Source: Scyliorhinus canicula
Taxonomy: Eukaryota
Length of the DNA: 64,000 nucleotides
NCBI RefSeq assembly: GCF_902713615.1
Contig: NC_052146.1
Span: 143,075,875-143,139,874 of the forward strand
Direction: 5' to 3'
Every line of letters starts with the position of its first letter. The stretch's first letter is position 1. Both the position numbers and the translations under genes were made by a program. Shown piece after piece: positions 62,791-64,000 of the stretch. Below the pieces are notes generated by a model that saw only the letters and a program-made list of their open reading frames with translations, had not been told where the DNA came from and did no database searches.

Positions 62791-64000
62791 TGGTTTAAAA
62801 TGGAGAGGGTCCAAGAGTTTCCATCAACAATAGAGGATAGAGTCTTTCTGATTGCTTCAAGGTGAAAATCTAAAATACTCAAATTAGGATGAGGATAACA
62901 CTTTCTCACCTTCACGTTAGTATGCAAAAAATTAGCGCAATCCGCAAAGTCTTCCATATCCTTTCAATCAGCCCCTCTTTCAGCTCTCACACATACATGT
63001 GCCTCGAAGAAACAGTTTAATAAACTCCACCTGAACAAAGGTTTTGAAATTTGTCCTCTAGCTATTCTTCAATTAATTTTGAGAACCAAATGAGAAACAA
63101 AATGTGAAAAGAAAAATATTCAAGTTGTTAAATTGGTGAAAAAATACCGATGCATTATTGGAAAATGGATACGCTACAAATCCTCAGGCTGTACAATCTG
63201 CATTTAACGAACAAAGACACATCTCTGAGCAGAAATAAAAGTTTCATGTCCAGCTCTTTGAAGAGTTTCAAATTCAAATCAATAAAATCATTAGTAGGCA
63301 CTAAATGTAATTCAATGGACAAATGCAATCATGTTATTGTGAAATCAGTTATAGATGCCATTTTTAGTTTGTTCAAAATATTATTTTTGATACCAGAAAT
63401 TTCAGTTATTGAGAAAAACTACATTATTATCTCAGGAAACAGTCTAAGAGATTGTGGAGAAAAGATAATACATCATCACTGACTGACATTTTAGGCAATC
63501 GATCCTTAAGGTTTTGGTATTTAACGTTTTGACGCCATAACATTTGAAAGTAAATGGCAATGGGCTATCACAGAAATTAGACATGCGACTTCACATAGAG
63601 AATTCTGGCAAAGTCAGCTTCAATGAGCCCATGACCTATGTAAGGATTATATATTCTAGATTTTAGGCAAATGCTTGCAAGAGTGTAACTTAATGTAATT
63701 TGTTGATAACATGGCAGCGTTGAATCTGTTTGTGGAGACTAACTACCGAGTAAGAATGGACTGAAGGTGGGAAACAACTTAACAGCTTTTAAAAGACAAT
63801 GCAGGACTGATTGGCTCCCGTTTTCCCATGATGTTAACATTCAAGTCATAACTTGCCTGTTATACACAGTAAAAATATTGAACCTTTTATTGTATCGCTG
63901 TTTAGAAATTGTTTTTATAGGTAAAAAGTACATCTTCTTGCTGCTGGGAAGAATATTCACAACACTTCAAACTATATTCATTAATTCTCAGCCCTTCGTA

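Noticed and set aside
62910-62957. Minus-strand ATG...AAG|GTGAGA mini-ORF (MEDFADCANFLHTNVK) as an alternative first or upstream CSMD2 exon
   Set aside because: It ends in phase 0 while the next exon needs phase 2, and it does not resemble the expected CUB N-terminal exon (CGG...SPGWP). That exon was not found and probably lies beyond 64000.

Overview
This is vertebrate genomic DNA from a cartilaginous fish. HE1-type V-SINEs and shark-type CR1 LINEs point to an elasmobranch, probably a catshark (inferred, not proven). The whole window lies inside one large minus-strand gene, a CSMD-family member best matching CSMD2. Six coding exons (53960-53773, 47811-47623, 46079-45963, 19507-19292, 18114-17926, 3247-3078) are joined by GT-AG introns into one continuous frame of 1069 nt (CUB half, Sushi, CUB, Sushi, CUB half). 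The 117-bp exon is missing from the ORF track. The introns are packed with nested transposable elements: CR1, L1-clade, RTE and Penelope retroelements, several tRNA-derived SINE families, and five solo LTRs with intact target-site duplications (TSDs). There are also about a dozen GC/CpG-rich Harbinger-type MITEs, a decayed Harbinger transposase and a pogo/Tigger relic. The most unusual items are: (1) a ~1-kb foldback DNA element with a 9-bp TSD whose arms are tandem arrays of the E2F consensus TTTTGGCGC; (2) tiny TSD-flanked hammerhead-ribozyme elements, one forming a 163-bp palindrome; (3) a ~500-bp-arm inverted duplication with an identity gradient; (4) modular head/tail swapping among SINEs. 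Most ORFs in the supplied track are GC-rich MITE or SINE artefacts. All identities and family assignments were made by eye or from memory, not by database search.
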